A stretch of DNA of 64,000 nucleotides from Planctomycetota bacterium (GTDB lineage Bacteria > Planctomycetota > UBA1135 > UBA2386). Under the pieces are notes generated by a model. It worked only from the letters and a program-made list of their open reading frames with translations, ran no database searches and was not told where the DNA came from. Location: NCBI GenBank assembly GCA_965223545.1, contig OZ245006.1, positions 4,960,001 to 5,024,000 of the forward strand, read 5' to 3'. Within the stretch, counting starts at the first letter, position 1; each line of letters starts with the position of its first letter. Below are positions 10,504 to 21,007 of this stretch, in pieces. The translations under genes and the position numbers were made by a program.

Positions 10504-11928
10504 TCACCGCAACACGCTGCCGCCGACGAGGTTGTCGGCGTGCACCGGAACTCCATCGGCGCCGCGGCTCGTGTCGAGGGCGAATGGGGCGACGATCGAG
10601 TGCTGGAGCGCAGTCGCTCCTACGGACTGCAGACCGTCCACCGCGTCGAGCCGCAGTTGCATGCGGTGCGGCTTGTCCGCGAAAGCGCGCCCCGCGTTCT
10701 CCTCTCGCATGCGCTCGTCCAGGTAGAAGCCGAGCGGCGGCTCCAGTCGAAGGCCGTACGGGTCGTTCGAGTTGACGAACGCGCGCACCGCGACGGGGCG
10801 ACGCCCGTCGGCTCCATCACCGCCCTGCGTCACCGAAACGTTGCAGTAGAGGTGCAGGGTCCGCAGATCGAGCGGCAGGTTGAAGCGCAGCTGCAGGCTC
10901 GCGTGCGGCAACACTCCGTCGCCGGGTTGCGGGCCTGTGTGCGGTGGGTCGAATGCGATCCCGTTCTCTGGTGGATCCCGCTGCGGGTTCAGCACGGCGA
11001 GCAGGATCAGAGTCGGCGCGTTGTCGCGGAGCCAGCCGCGGCCTGCGGGGCTGCGGGGTTGCGCCGGGTAGTCGGCGCGCGAACGCGGGTCGGCGCGCAG
11101 CAAGGCGGGCAGCGGCGTGACGCGTGCGGTGACAAACGGTTTCGCTGGCCGTTCACGGTCGTCGCTCGGGTCGGCGAGCACGGTGGCGAAGTAGGGTTGG
11201 CCCGCGATCTCGAGGCGCAGTGCGTCGCCGGCGTCGATGTCGTGCTGCACGCCCGCCTTGAACAGTCCGACCTCCGCGACGTCGGCGTCGATGGGGCGGG
11301 CACTCACCAGTCGCATCGGCACCTGTGTCAGCAACGCCAGGGGGACCGGTGCGCGCCGAGGTGTGTCGAGCCGAACGCGGGCGCGCTCGATTCCGTCGAC
11401 GACGAGGGACATCGTGGTGCCCGCTGCCGCATGCGTTGGCGTGGCGTGCAGGATGATCTGGTGCGGCGAGCGCTCGACGACGCGCAGGCCTGAGCGCGGC
11501 GCCCAGTCCACCACCGCTGCTTCGGCGTGCTCGATTTCGATGGCGTCCCCGAGGGGCACTCGGACGATGGGCGGGGGTGCTCCATGCGCGCGGCGCACCC
11601 CAAGCCATGCGCGTCCGTTGCGCAGCTCCGCCACGGCTTCGGCGAACGGGCGTGTGTCGACGGGGCAACGGATCAGAACGCGCGGCCGGCCGTTGCCCGC
11701 ATCGATCCCCACATACGTGAACAGCGCGTCGGTACCACCCTGGGGCGGCAGGTCGGCGCCGATCACCGTGCCGGCGGTGCGCAGCACCATGGTGCGGTCA
11801 CCCGGCCCGCGCTCGCCGTAGACGTCGACCAGGCGCCCGTGCGAGATCCGGGGCATCGTCGGATGGGGCGGCTGGACCAGCGCCGCCGCCAGCGAGGCCA
11901 AAGCGAGCGTGAGGGTGGTGGACAGCAT
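10504..11928 (-). CDS. Secreted hypothetical protein with C-terminal SbsA/Big_5-like Ig segment
   Basis: Signal peptide MLSTTLTLALASLAAAL; PQPGDGVLPHASLQLRFNLPLDLRTL resembles the start of a Big_5 domain. Confidence 0.6.
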   Translation of the reverse strand: MLSTTLTLALASLAAALVQPPHPTMPRISHGRLVDVYGERGPGDRTMVLRTAGTVIGADLPPQGGTDALFTYVGIDAGNGRPRVLIRCPVDTRPFAEAVAELRNGRAWLGVRRAHGAPPPIVRVPLGDAIEIEHAEAAVVDWAPRSGLRVVERSPHQIILHATPTHAAAGTTMSLVVDGIERARVRLDTPRRAPVPLALLTQVPMRLVSARPIDADVAEVGLFKAGVQHDIDAGDALRLEIAGQPYFATVLADPSDDRERPAKPFVTARVTPLPALLRADPRSRADYPAQPRSPAGRGWLRDNAPTLILLAVLNPQRDPPENGIAFDPPHTGPQPGDGVLPHASLQLRFNLPLDLRTLHLYCNVSVTQGGDGADGRRPVAVRAFVNSNDPYGLRLEPPLGFYLDERMREENAGRAFADKPHRMQLRLDAVDGLQSVGATALQHSIVAPFALDTSRGADGVPVHADNLVGGSVLR

Positions 11929-12007
11929 GAGACGGGTCCGGATCCGGACGGGTCCCGAGTAGTCCTGCCCTCTCGGCGCGTCACCACCGCTATGATCGCG
12001 TCCCAGG

Positions 12008-14119
12008 ATGCCGCTGCCGACTGCGTCTCTGGTGCTGTTCGCGCTGGTGGCACAACCCGTGCCCGAGCGGTTGGCAGGGCTCGCCGCGCCGCTCGCCGGG
12101 TTGCGCGCGCAGCAGTTCTCCTCGCGCGATCCCGCCGGCTCGAACGTCGATCACGGACACTTCGTCGGGCGGCTCGACGACGGTGACTTGGTGATGGCAA
12201 AGGCCGAGGGGCCGGGGGCCGTTTGCCGGGTCTGGTCGGCCAACCCCGCGGGGGAGGTGCGGCTCGAGCTCGATGGTGAGGTCGCGTGGCGCGGCCCGTT
12301 TGCCGACTACTTCGCCTGGCAGCCCGAGGGCAGTGAAGCGCTGGCGGGGCCGAGCGGAGGCGGTTTCGTCAGCTACGTGCGCCGGTCCTTCCGGCGGAGT
12401 TTCCGCATGGTGTTGGCGGCCGGCAGCACTGATGCGAGCAAGCTCTACTACCACGTCGGGATCGAACGCGGGGTGAGGGAGGTCGATTCCGAGGCGGCGG
12501 CGGAGGCAGCCCCGATCGCGACCCACTCGGTCGACTTCTCGGTGCCTGGTGGAGGCCGCGAGCCGGTGCTGGAGGTGGCGGGGCCGGTGCGCGTGGTCGA
12601 GGTGCGGCTGTCGATGGCGGCTTGGCCACCGCCGCGCGCGGCTTGGCTGCTGGCGAGCGTCGACGGTGCGCCGCCGGCGGTCATCGCTCCGCTGGCCGAC
12701 CTGTTCGGCTTCGGTGGCGCCGGAGGGCCGGGCCTCGAGACCGGCGTCGTCGGTTCCGCCGGGGCGGAACGCTTCTTTCGAATGCCGATGCCGTGCAAGC
12801 AGCGGCTCGAGTTCACCATCGAGCACTGCGGCGACCGCACGGAGCCGCCGGTCGAGGGAAGACTGGTCGTCGATGCGGTCGCGCTGCCCGTCGATCACCG
12901 CGAGTGCTTCCTGCACGCTCGGTTCCACCGCGCGGCGACCGAGTACGGGCAGCCGTTTCGCGTGCTCGACCTGGCAGGGGCCGGCGCCGGTCACTTCGCC
13001 GGCGTGGTGATGTCGTTCGCTCCGGATTCCGGGCAGGGCTTGAGCTACCTCGAGGGCGACGAGCGGATCACGGTCGACGGCCGGCTGGCGTTCGCGGGTA
13101 CCGGCACCGAGGACTACTTCTCCGGCGCGTGGTACTTCCGCGGAGGGCCGTTCGGCCACCGGTTCGGTGGCGTCAGTGTGATCGATGGTGAGGGCCGCAT
13201 CACGGCCGCGCGCTGGCACGTGCGCGATCCGGTGCCCTTCGCGCAGAGCCTGCGCTTCGAACTCGAGCACGGCGGCAACAACGATTGTCCGCGCGCCGAC
13301 TACAGCGCGCTGGCGTTCTTCTACCTGGACGATCCCGCCGGTCGGTTGCAACCGCCACGGCCGCTGCGCCGCCGTTGGTCGGAGCTGCCGCAGCGCCGGC
13401 CACAGCCGCGCCGCCTGCCGGTCACTCCGGCGCGGCCGCTGTCGTCGGGCCGGCACGAGATCTCCCTCGACGCGCCGGAGTGGCAGTTCGCGCAAGCGAC
13501 GCCGCTCGACGCCGCCGGCGTCCCACTCGGACAACCACTCCAGCAGACGGTGTGGAGCGCCGGCCCAGCCGACCTCTCCGGTCTGCCACGAGTGGGGATG
13601 CGGCAGGTCGAACTCCGCCTGTCCCGGGATGGTGAGGTCGCGGCCGTGTTGTTCGAACCCTATCTGCCGGCTCTGCGCCAATGGCACGTCGTGGGGCCGT
13701 TCGCCGCGGTGGATCGCAAGGGCATCGACACGGTCTATCCGCCAGAGCGCGACTGGGACGCTTCCTCGTACGAGACCGAGGCGGGGACGGTGGCGTGGCA
13801 GCCGCTCGACCTGCGGTTCCTTGGCGATGGCGTGGCCGATCTCGATCCTCTGTTCGACCGAGCGGATCACGCCGTCGCCTACGCGAAGACGGTGATCGAA
13901 TGCGAGCACGCGGGCGATGCGGTCCTGGTGCTCGGCAGCGACGATGCGGTCTGTGTCTTCCTCAACGGTGAGCGGGTCCATCGCAACGCGGTGTTGCGCG
14001 GGGTGGGGCGGGATCAGGACCGGGTGCCGATCACGTTGCGTTCCGGCGACAACGACCTGGTCCTCAAGGTGGAGGACTACAGCGGCGGATGGGGCTTCGT
14101 CGCCCGCGTCGAGCGCTGA
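12008..14119 (+). CDS. DUF2961 (GH172-like) domain protein with C-terminal PA14-like beta domain
   Basis: Signal peptide; GPGAVCRVWS, MPMP, YLEGDE, GTGTEDYFSGAWYF, DPVPFAQSLRFELEHG; C-terminal GSDDAVCVFLNG...GDNDLVLKV. Confidence 0.78.
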   Translation: MPLPTASLVLFALVAQPVPERLAGLAAPLAGLRAQQFSSRDPAGSNVDHGHFVGRLDDGDLVMAKAEGPGAVCRVWSANPAGEVRLELDGEVAWRGPFADYFAWQPEGSEALAGPSGGGFVSYVRRSFRRSFRMVLAAGSTDASKLYYHVGIERGVREVDSEAAAEAAPIATHSVDFSVPGGGREPVLEVAGPVRVVEVRLSMAAWPPPRAAWLLASVDGAPPAVIAPLADLFGFGGAGGPGLETGVVGSAGAERFFRMPMPCKQRLEFTIEHCGDRTEPPVEGRLVVDAVALPVDHRECFLHARFHRAATEYGQPFRVLDLAGAGAGHFAGVVMSFAPDSGQGLSYLEGDERITVDGRLAFAGTGTEDYFSGAWYFRGGPFGHRFGGVSVIDGEGRITAARWHVRDPVPFAQSLRFELEHGGNNDCPRADYSALAFFYLDDPAGRLQPPRPLRRRWSELPQRRPQPRRLPVTPARPLSSGRHEISLDAPEWQFAQATPLDAAGVPLGQPLQQTVWSAGPADLSGLPRVGMRQVELRLSRDGEVAAVLFEPYLPALRQWHVVGPFAAVDRKGIDTVYPPERDWDASSYETEAGTVAWQPLDLRFLGDGVADLDPLFDRADHAVAYAKTVIECEHAGDAVLVLGSDDAVCVFLNGERVHRNAVLRGVGRDQDRVPITLRSGDNDLVLKVEDYSGGWGFVARVER

Positions 14120-14148
14120 TCGAGCCGGCTGCGTATGATGCGCGCGCC

Positions 14149-16224
14149 GTGACCCGTTCTCCGTCGTTCTCGCCCAGCATCGTGCTGGCGCTCGCCTGCG
14201 TCGCGCCAGCCGGCGCGCAAGATCTGTGGTCGCCATTGCCGGCGACTGCTCCGCAGGCACGCACCGAGCACGCGGCGGCGGCGGATTCGGCGCGCGGGCA
14301 GGTCGTCCTGTTCGGCGGTCGGGTCAATGGCGTGCCGGCAGGGGATACCTGGTTGTGGTCGGGCAGCGCTTGGAGTTCCGCCGCCGCTGCCGGTCCCACC
14401 GCGCGCAGCGAGCACGCCATGGTCTACGACGCCGCCCGGCAGCGGGTGCTGCTGTTCGGCGGCGACGACGGCAGCGGGCTGCTCGGCGACACTTGGCTCT
14501 GGGACGGCGCGGCGTGGTCGCGCGCCGCGACCGGGGGGCCGCCGGCGCGCCGCGGCCACGCGATGGTGTTCGATGCCGCGACCAACCGCGTCGTCCTGTT
14601 CGGCGGTGAAGGCGCCGGCGGCGTGCTCGGCGACTCGTGGGCGTGGGACGGCGCCAGCTGGTCGCAGGTGTCGGCCAGCGGCCCCGCCGCGCGGCGCGAC
14701 GCCGGCGCGGCCTACGACGCGCTCGACGGTCGCGTTCTCCTCTTCGGCGGGCGCGATGCCGCGGGAGTGCTCGGCGACACGTGGGCGTGGAGCGCGGGCG
14801 CGTGGTCGCCGGTCGCCGCCAGCGGCCCCCCGGCGCGGCACTCGGCAGCGCTGGCGTTCGATCCGCTCCGCGGCCGCGTCGTGCTGTTCGGCGGCGACGA
14901 CGGCAGCGCGCGCGCCGATGCCTGGCAGTGGGAGCGCAGCGGCTGGGTCGCGCGCCCGGCGCCGGGTCCCGCGCCTCGCGCGGGCCACAGTCTGGTCGAG
15001 GATCCCGGGCGCCGGCGGGTGCTGTTGTTCGGTGGGGCGGCCGCGTCGGGCGCGCTCGGCGACTGCTGGTCGTGGTCGTGCGTGCCCTGGTGTGACCTCG
15101 GCTTCGCCGTCGGCGGCGCGCACGGCGAGCCGCGGCTCTCCGGTTCGGGCACGCTCGAGCCGGGCACCACTCTGCTGCTCACGATGCAGAACGCGCTCGC
15201 CGGCTCGACCGCGGTGCTCGTCGCCGGCGCTGCACCGCTGCACGCGCCGCTGCTCGGCGGGGTCGCGGTACCGGTGCCGAGTCTGGTCGTGCCGGCGCCG
15301 ACCGGTGGGGTCACCGGGCTTCCCGCGACGGTGCGCGGTCTGTTCGCGCTGCCGGCGGGGGTTCCGCCGGGACTGACGCTCTACGCCCAGTACTGGGTGT
15401 TGGATCCGGCCGGGCCTCGGGGCTTCGCGGTCTCCAACGCGGTGGTCGGCACGACCCGCCGCCCGCTGTACGACGAGCTGGCGTGGACGGTGGACGCCCT
15501 GCTGCGGGTGGCGGCGTCCCCGGCTGCCGCCAAGCCGATCTACACGACGCAGGACTTCGCCACGCTGACCTTCGTGCGCAATCCGGCGTGCTGGACCGGT
15601 CCCTACGATCTCACCGGCCTCAGCCCGTGGAACGCGGCGCACGCCAATCGGCGCGCCGGCACCCTGGTGAGCCCGCGCCACGTCGTGTTCGCCAAGCACT
15701 ATCCGCTGAGCGCCGCGCCGGGCAGCAACGACATCGCGTTCGTCGCCGCCGACGGCACCACGGTGGTGCGCAAGCTGGTCGCGGTCGCCTATCCGGCCGT
15801 CGATATCGGCGTCGGGGTCCTCGACGCCGATGTGCCGGCGATCATCCGGCACTACCCGGTCTTGGCGCCGACCTGGGGCAGTGCCCTGGCGCGCACCGGC
15901 GGACTGCCGATGCTGCACATCGACCAGGAGGAGAAGGCACTGGTGCGCGACATGACCGCGACCGGTCCCGGCGCCTCGTACTGTTTCCACACGACACCCG
16001 TCGACCCGCTGCGACAGCAGTTCTCGGAGACTCTGATCAGTGGAGACAGCGGCAACCCGGCGTTCCTGTTGGTCAACGGCGAGCCGGTGCTGGTGTTGAC
16101 CCACCACTACGCCACCGGCGGGCCGTTCTACACCTCGCATCTCGGCGCCGTCGATGCCGCGATGGCGCAGCTCGGCGGTGGCTACCGGTTGCGGGTGGTC
16201 GACCTCGGCCTGGTCCCGCGCTGA
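14149..16224 (+). CDS. Kelch-repeat beta-propeller + conserved module + C-terminal trypsin-like (PA clan) serine protease domain
   Basis: GTG start with signal peptide ending AGAQ; six LFGG...D(T/S/A/C)WxW repeats; triad-like GTLVSPRHVVFAKHY, VDIGVG, GDSGNP. Confidence 0.78.
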   Translation: MTRSPSFSPSIVLALACVAPAGAQDLWSPLPATAPQARTEHAAAADSARGQVVLFGGRVNGVPAGDTWLWSGSAWSSAAAAGPTARSEHAMVYDAARQRVLLFGGDDGSGLLGDTWLWDGAAWSRAATGGPPARRGHAMVFDAATNRVVLFGGEGAGGVLGDSWAWDGASWSQVSASGPAARRDAGAAYDALDGRVLLFGGRDAAGVLGDTWAWSAGAWSPVAASGPPARHSAALAFDPLRGRVVLFGGDDGSARADAWQWERSGWVARPAPGPAPRAGHSLVEDPGRRRVLLFGGAAASGALGDCWSWSCVPWCDLGFAVGGAHGEPRLSGSGTLEPGTTLLLTMQNALAGSTAVLVAGAAPLHAPLLGGVAVPVPSLVVPAPTGGVTGLPATVRGLFALPAGVPPGLTLYAQYWVLDPAGPRGFAVSNAVVGTTRRPLYDELAWTVDALLRVAASPAAAKPIYTTQDFATLTFVRNPACWTGPYDLTGLSPWNAAHANRRAGTLVSPRHVVFAKHYPLSAAPGSNDIAFVAADGTTVVRKLVAVAYPAVDIGVGVLDADVPAIIRHYPVLAPTWGSALARTGGLPMLHIDQEEKALVRDMTATGPGASYCFHTTPVDPLRQQFSETLISGDSGNPAFLLVNGEPVLVLTHHYATGGPFYTSHLGAVDAAMAQLGGGYRLRVVDLGLVPR

Positions 16225-16236
16225 CGGGGGCTCCTG

Positions 16237-19059
16237 GTGTCCACGACCCAGCCGGCGCCGGAGCACGAATCGCGCATCGACGCCCTGTTGCTCGCCGTTC
16301 TCGAAGAGTACGAGACGCGCGGTGACGCCGCGGTGGAAGACGCATGCGCGGCGCAGCCGGAGCTGGCGACCGCGCTGCGCGAGCGCATCGGCGTGCTGCA
16401 GGGTGCCGGATTGCTGCCGGCGCCGGGCAGCGGTGGAGCGGCGCGCCCGCCCGAGCGGATCGCCGGCTTTCGGCTGCTGGAGGAGCTCGGCCGCGGCGGG
16501 ATGGGGGTGGTCTACCTCGCCGAAGAAGAGGCGCTGGCGCGCCGCGTAGCGCTCAAGCTGATTCGCCCCGAACACGTCTACTTCGAGGGCGCGCGCGAGC
16601 GCTTCCTGCGCGAAGTGCGCGTCGTCGCGCGGCTCAACCACCCGGGCATCGCCAAGGTCTACTCGGCGGGCCAGCACGATGGGGTGCCCTACTTCGCCAT
16701 GGAGTTCGTCGATGGCGTGTCGCTGGCCCAAGTGGTCGCGTCGCTCGCCGAACGGGCTGGCGGACCGCGCAGTGGTGCCGATCTCCGTCAACTGTTCTGC
16801 GACGACCCACGGACCGCGAACGCCGTGTTCGACGGCAGCTGGCAGCAAGTGTGCGCGCGTCTGGTGCGCCAGGTTGCCGACGCGCTCGAGCACGCGCATC
16901 GCAGCGGCGTACTGCACCGCGACGTCAAGCCGTCCAACATCATGCTCACGCCGGCCGGCCAGACGCTGCTGTTGGACTTCGGGTTGGCCACCGGCGATGG
17001 CGTCGACCGGCTGACGCGCACCGGCTCGCAGATGGGATCGGTGCCGTACATGCCACCGGAGGTCGTCGCCGGAGGCGGTCGGTTGGATTCCGTCGCCCTC
17101 GACATCTACTCGCTCGGCGTCACGTTGTACGAGCTGCTGACGCTGACCCTGCCATTCGAGGCCGACACCCCGCAGGAGCTCATGCGCCGCGTCGCCGTCG
17201 GTCGCGTGCGCCCGCCGCGGGCGCTCGACCGCGCCGTGCCCGGCGATCTCGAGGTGGTGTGTCTGGCGGCGATGGACCCCGACCCCGCGCGGCGCTATCC
17301 GTCGGCGGCGGCCCTGTCGCGCGATCTCACCAACGTGCTCGAACGCCGGCCGATCGAGGCGCGGCCCGCGGGTCCGTTGCTGCGCATCCGCCGTTTCGTG
17401 CAGCGCGACCCGGCCCAGGCCGCCGCTTGGGTGCTGGGCGTGCTGCTGGTGGTCGGTGCGCCGATCGGCTTCGGCATCCAGCAGGCCAACGCCCGCGTGC
17501 GCGTCGAGCGCGCGCTGGCGCTGGCGGAAGACAACTTCACCGCCGCGCTCGAGGCCGTGGAGTACATGCTCGAGCGTGTCGGCGGCGACCGGTTGGCCGG
17601 TGTGCCCTACATGGCGGCGATCCGGCGCGATCTCCTGGAGCGCGCGGTGTCGTTCTACGAGCGCTTCCTCACCACCAGGACCGACGATGCCAAGCTGCTG
17701 TCGCGCAGCGCCACGGCCGCGCGCCGTACCGCGACGCTGCTGAGCCGATTGGGCCGCTGGGAGGAGGGCCTCGAGCTCAGCGAGCGGGCGGTTGCCGCGG
17801 CCCGCCGGCTGCAAGAGGTCGTGGCGGACGAACGCGCCGACGCCGAGCTGGCGGCGGCGCTGGCGACGCGGGGGGCGCTGCTGGCGGGCCGTGGCCAGAT
17901 CGGCGCCGCGCACCGCGCTTGCAGCGAAGCACGCGAAATGCTGGACGGCATCGGCCCCGGCGCCGGCGCGAGCTACCAACAAGCGGCCGGCTTGGTGTGG
18001 CGCACCACGGCGGCGATCGCCACCGTGCAGGGTGACCACGGTGCGGCGGTCGAGGCGGGTCATCGTCAGCTGGACGCGGTGCGCACCCAGTTCGCCGCGA
18101 TCGACGATGCGCGGCGCAGGGTGCCGGTCGCCGAGGCGATGATCGGCTTGGCAGAGAGTCAGGTGTTGGCAGAGCAGTACGAGGATGCCGAGCGGGTGTT
18201 GCGCGAGGCGCGGGCCACGTTGGACTCGGCCGTGGCCGCCGACGAGGAGGACCTGTCGCCGCGGATCGCCTCGGTGATGTGCGATCAGCGATTGGCCGAA
18301 GTGCTGCGCGCGCGCGGCGCCGACTCCGCCGGCGAGCTGCTGGGTGCGACGATCGAGGAGATCGAGCATCTGGTCGGGCTGCTGCCGGGCCACGGCGAGC
18401 TGTTCACCAATCTCTCCGCTGCCGCCATCGAGCTGGCGCAGTGGCACATGGAGGGCGGCCGGGTGGATGCGGCGGAGCCGCTTCTGTTCAAGGCCCGGGA
18501 CGCGCAAGCGGTGCTCTACGGGCGCGAGCCGGAGGCGCCGCGGCACGCCAGCGGTCTCGCTGCCACCTATGCCAGCCTCGGCTACCTGCACTACGAGCAG
18601 CAGCGGTTGCAGGAGAGTCTGGACGCCTATGGCCAAGCCATTGCGTTGACCCGAGAAGTGCTCGCAGTGGCACCCGAGCGTGCCGCGGACCGAGCGCGGC
18701 TGTCGGACTTCATGCTCACCAGCCTCTGGGTGGCGCGGGAGCTCGGCGACCATCGTCGCGTCGCGTCGACCGCTACGGAGTTGGTAGAGAGTGGGCTGGC
18801 GACCGCGGAGCAGCGCCGCGATGCCGCGGACTACCTCGCGTCGGTCGTGCCGCTGGCGGCCGACGACGCATCGATGTCGGCGGCGAAGCGCGCCACCGTG
18901 GCCGCCGCCTATGCCGGGCAGGCGATCGATTGGTTGTTGGCAGCGCTCGGCGAGGGTGCGCAGCTCCCCGAGGTGGCGGCGTTGGAGTCGCTGCAGCACC
19001 TGACCGACCATCCGCGGTGGTCTGCGCTCGAGGCGGCCCTGAAGGGCCAACGCAAGTGA
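16237..19059 (+). CDS. Hanks-type Ser/Thr protein kinase with TM segment and TPR-like C-terminus
   Basis: LGRGGMGVVY, VALK, HRDVKPSN, DFG, GSVPYMPPE, DIYSLG, RRYPSA. Confidence 0.93.
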   Translation: MSTTQPAPEHESRIDALLLAVLEEYETRGDAAVEDACAAQPELATALRERIGVLQGAGLLPAPGSGGAARPPERIAGFRLLEELGRGGMGVVYLAEEEALARRVALKLIRPEHVYFEGARERFLREVRVVARLNHPGIAKVYSAGQHDGVPYFAMEFVDGVSLAQVVASLAERAGGPRSGADLRQLFCDDPRTANAVFDGSWQQVCARLVRQVADALEHAHRSGVLHRDVKPSNIMLTPAGQTLLLDFGLATGDGVDRLTRTGSQMGSVPYMPPEVVAGGGRLDSVALDIYSLGVTLYELLTLTLPFEADTPQELMRRVAVGRVRPPRALDRAVPGDLEVVCLAAMDPDPARRYPSAAALSRDLTNVLERRPIEARPAGPLLRIRRFVQRDPAQAAAWVLGVLLVVGAPIGFGIQQANARVRVERALALAEDNFTAALEAVEYMLERVGGDRLAGVPYMAAIRRDLLERAVSFYERFLTTRTDDAKLLSRSATAARRTATLLSRLGRWEEGLELSERAVAAARRLQEVVADERADAELAAALATRGALLAGRGQIGAAHRACSEAREMLDGIGPGAGASYQQAAGLVWRTTAAIATVQGDHGAAVEAGHRQLDAVRTQFAAIDDARRRVPVAEAMIGLAESQVLAEQYEDAERVLREARATLDSAVAADEEDLSPRIASVMCDQRLAEVLRARGADSAGELLGATIEEIEHLVGLLPGHGELFTNLSAAAIELAQWHMEGGRVDAAEPLLFKARDAQAVLYGREPEAPRHASGLAATYASLGYLHYEQQRLQESLDAYGQAIALTREVLAVAPERAADRARLSDFMLTSLWVARELGDHRRVASTATELVESGLATAEQRRDAADYLASVVPLAADDASMSAAKRATVAAAYAGQAIDWLLAALGEGAQLPEVAALESLQHLTDHPRWSALEAALKGQRK

Positions 19060-19084
19060 TGGCGTCGAAGGGCTTGGTGCGTCG

Positions 19085-20887
19085 TCACGGCTGGCGCCGG
19101 CGCAAGTAGTCGGCTGCCAGTTCGGTCAGCCCGGAGTGTGTCCCCGCGGGCACCGTGGCCAAGAACCGTCGGTAGGCCGGCTCCGCGCGCTTCCGATCCC
19201 CGGCCAGCTGGTAGAGCCGGCCGAGGTTGTAGTGGGCCAAGTAGTCGCTCGGGTTCGTCTCGACGACCTGTCGCCACAGTTGCTCGGCGCCGTCCGCATC
19301 GCCTTGCCGGTACAGCACCGCGGCGAGGTTGCTCTTCAGCCGCGTGTCCTGGCCGAAGCGTTGGATGCCCGCCGCCAGCGCGCGCGCGGCGCCGGCCAGG
19401 TCGCCCTGCGCGATCCGCACCTGACCGGTGGCGAGCGGCAGCAGAGCGTGATCCGCTGCCGCGATCCGCGCGGCGCGCAACTGGGTCTCGGCACCCGCGA
19501 CGTCGCCCTTCGCGAGCGCGAGCTGCAGCAGTCCGATCCGCGCCGGCACGAACGCGGGGTACAGAGCCAGAGCCTGCTGGTAGTGGCGTGCGGCCGCGTC
19601 GGCGTCGCCGCCTTCTTGGTAGAGCTCGGCGAGGTTGTTGTGCGCGACCACGCTGTCCGGGTTCGCCCGCAGCGCGCTTTCGAACAGGTCCACGCCACTC
19701 CGCCATTCGGCGGCGCGGTACGCCGTGCGCGCGGCGGCCGCGGCGATGACTGCGAGCACGAGACAAGGCGCTGCGCCGCGCCAGCGCCGCAGCGCGAGTC
19801 CAAGAGCCGCCACCAGCCCGACCGCGACCGGTGCGGTCGCCACGTAGAGGTAGCGTTCGGCGAGCAGCGAGGTCGTGGGCCACAACGCGTTGAGTGGGGT
19901 CGCGGCGATGGCGACCGCGGCCAGCGCGAGCGCGCCGCTGGCCACCGCCGCGCGGCGATGACCGCGCCACAGCGCGAGGATCGACCCGGCGACGAGCGCG
20001 CCGCCGGCAACGCTGCGCAACCCCCACGGAGCGCCGCCGCGCGGCAGCGTCGCCAGCGAGTAGTCGACGGACAGTGCGGCCGGCCAGACCAGGAGACGGG
20101 CCACCTCGAACACGGTTCCCAACGCGGTGCCGGCGCGCGTGCCCCAGTCGGCGGCGACCATCGGATTGACGACCACGTCCGGTGCCGGCGGCAGGTTCAC
20201 GCCGATGGCGAGGGCGCGCACCAGCACCGCGCCGGCGGCCGCCGCGGCCAGGGGCCACAGCCGCCAGGGCCAGCCGGTGGCATCGCCGCGTTGCCAGCGG
20301 TCGACCAACGCGAGCAGCAGCAGGCCGACGGCGGCGAGCTCGTGCGCGAGCAGGGCAGCGAGCAGACAGATGGCTGCCGCCGCGCGGCCGCCGCCGGTGC
20401 GGCGCAGCCAGCAGTGTGCCGCGGCGAGGCTCAGCGTCCCGGCCAGCAGTGGACCGCGGGCCGAGATCCACGCCACCGCTTCGCTGCCGGCTGGATGGAC
20501 GGCGAACAGCGCGGCGGCGCCCAGCGCCGCGGCGGTGCCCAGCCAGCGCCGGGCGATCGCGAACAGGAGCCAGCTGGACAGCACGTGCAGCGCGAGGCTG
20601 GTGGCGTGGAACGCGCGCGGATCGCCGTGGCCGACGGCGTCGTCGAGCGCCAAGCTCAGCATCGTCAGCGGCCGGTAATAGGCATCGCTGGGGTTGGTGG
20701 TGGAGGCCCACATCGGCGAGCCGAACAGCTGGGCGAGGTCCACCGGCCCGCGCACGGCGGGATTGGTCGCCACCAGTAGCCGATCGTCGTAGACGAACTC
20801 CCCCGCGATGCACGGCCAATAGGTGGCGACGGCGAGCGCGGCGAGCGTCGAAAGGCAGGCGGGAGTTCGAATCGCGCGGGGAAGCAT
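19085..20887 (-). CDS. TMTC-like GT-C glycosyltransferase (DUF1736) with TPR repeats
   Basis: FVYDD, YYRPLT, LFAVHP..SEAVAWISAR, WPAALSVDYS, AERYLY, multiple TM helices, C-terminal TPRs (AHNNLA, AHYNLG). Confidence 0.85.
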   Translation of the reverse strand: MLPRAIRTPACLSTLAALAVATYWPCIAGEFVYDDRLLVATNPAVRGPVDLAQLFGSPMWASTTNPSDAYYRPLTMLSLALDDAVGHGDPRAFHATSLALHVLSSWLLFAIARRWLGTAAALGAAALFAVHPAGSEAVAWISARGPLLAGTLSLAAAHCWLRRTGGGRAAAAICLLAALLAHELAAVGLLLLALVDRWQRGDATGWPWRLWPLAAAAAGAVLVRALAIGVNLPPAPDVVVNPMVAADWGTRAGTALGTVFEVARLLVWPAALSVDYSLATLPRGGAPWGLRSVAGGALVAGSILALWRGHRRAAVASGALALAAVAIAATPLNALWPTTSLLAERYLYVATAPVAVGLVAALGLALRRWRGAAPCLVLAVIAAAAARTAYRAAEWRSGVDLFESALRANPDSVVAHNNLAELYQEGGDADAAARHYQQALALYPAFVPARIGLLQLALAKGDVAGAETQLRAARIAAADHALLPLATGQVRIAQGDLAGAARALAAGIQRFGQDTRLKSNLAAVLYRQGDADGAEQLWRQVVETNPSDYLAHYNLGRLYQLAGDRKRAEPAYRRFLATVPAGTHSGLTELAADYLRRRQP

Positions 20888-21007
20888 GCGCAAGAGTGGT
20901 GCGCCACGATGCCAGACGCCCGCCGCGATGTCGCGTGCTCGATCTTGTGCCGCCGCCGCGGAGCGTCATGATCGGACCGCGCCGGCCGGTGTCGGCGGCG
21001 AGGTGCG

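Noticed and set aside
11931..11955. Short direct repeat GACGGGTCC x2 overlapping a CCGGATCCGG palindrome in a divergent promoter region
   Set aside because: Too short and GC-rich to distinguish from chance without comparative data.
14077..19050. 1657-aa minus-strand ORF (likewise 58099..62061 +, 11990..14260 -, 42533..44554 +, 51331..53277 +)
   Set aside because: Antisense shadows of well-supported genes in high-GC DNA; Arg/Gly/Ala-rich with no motifs.
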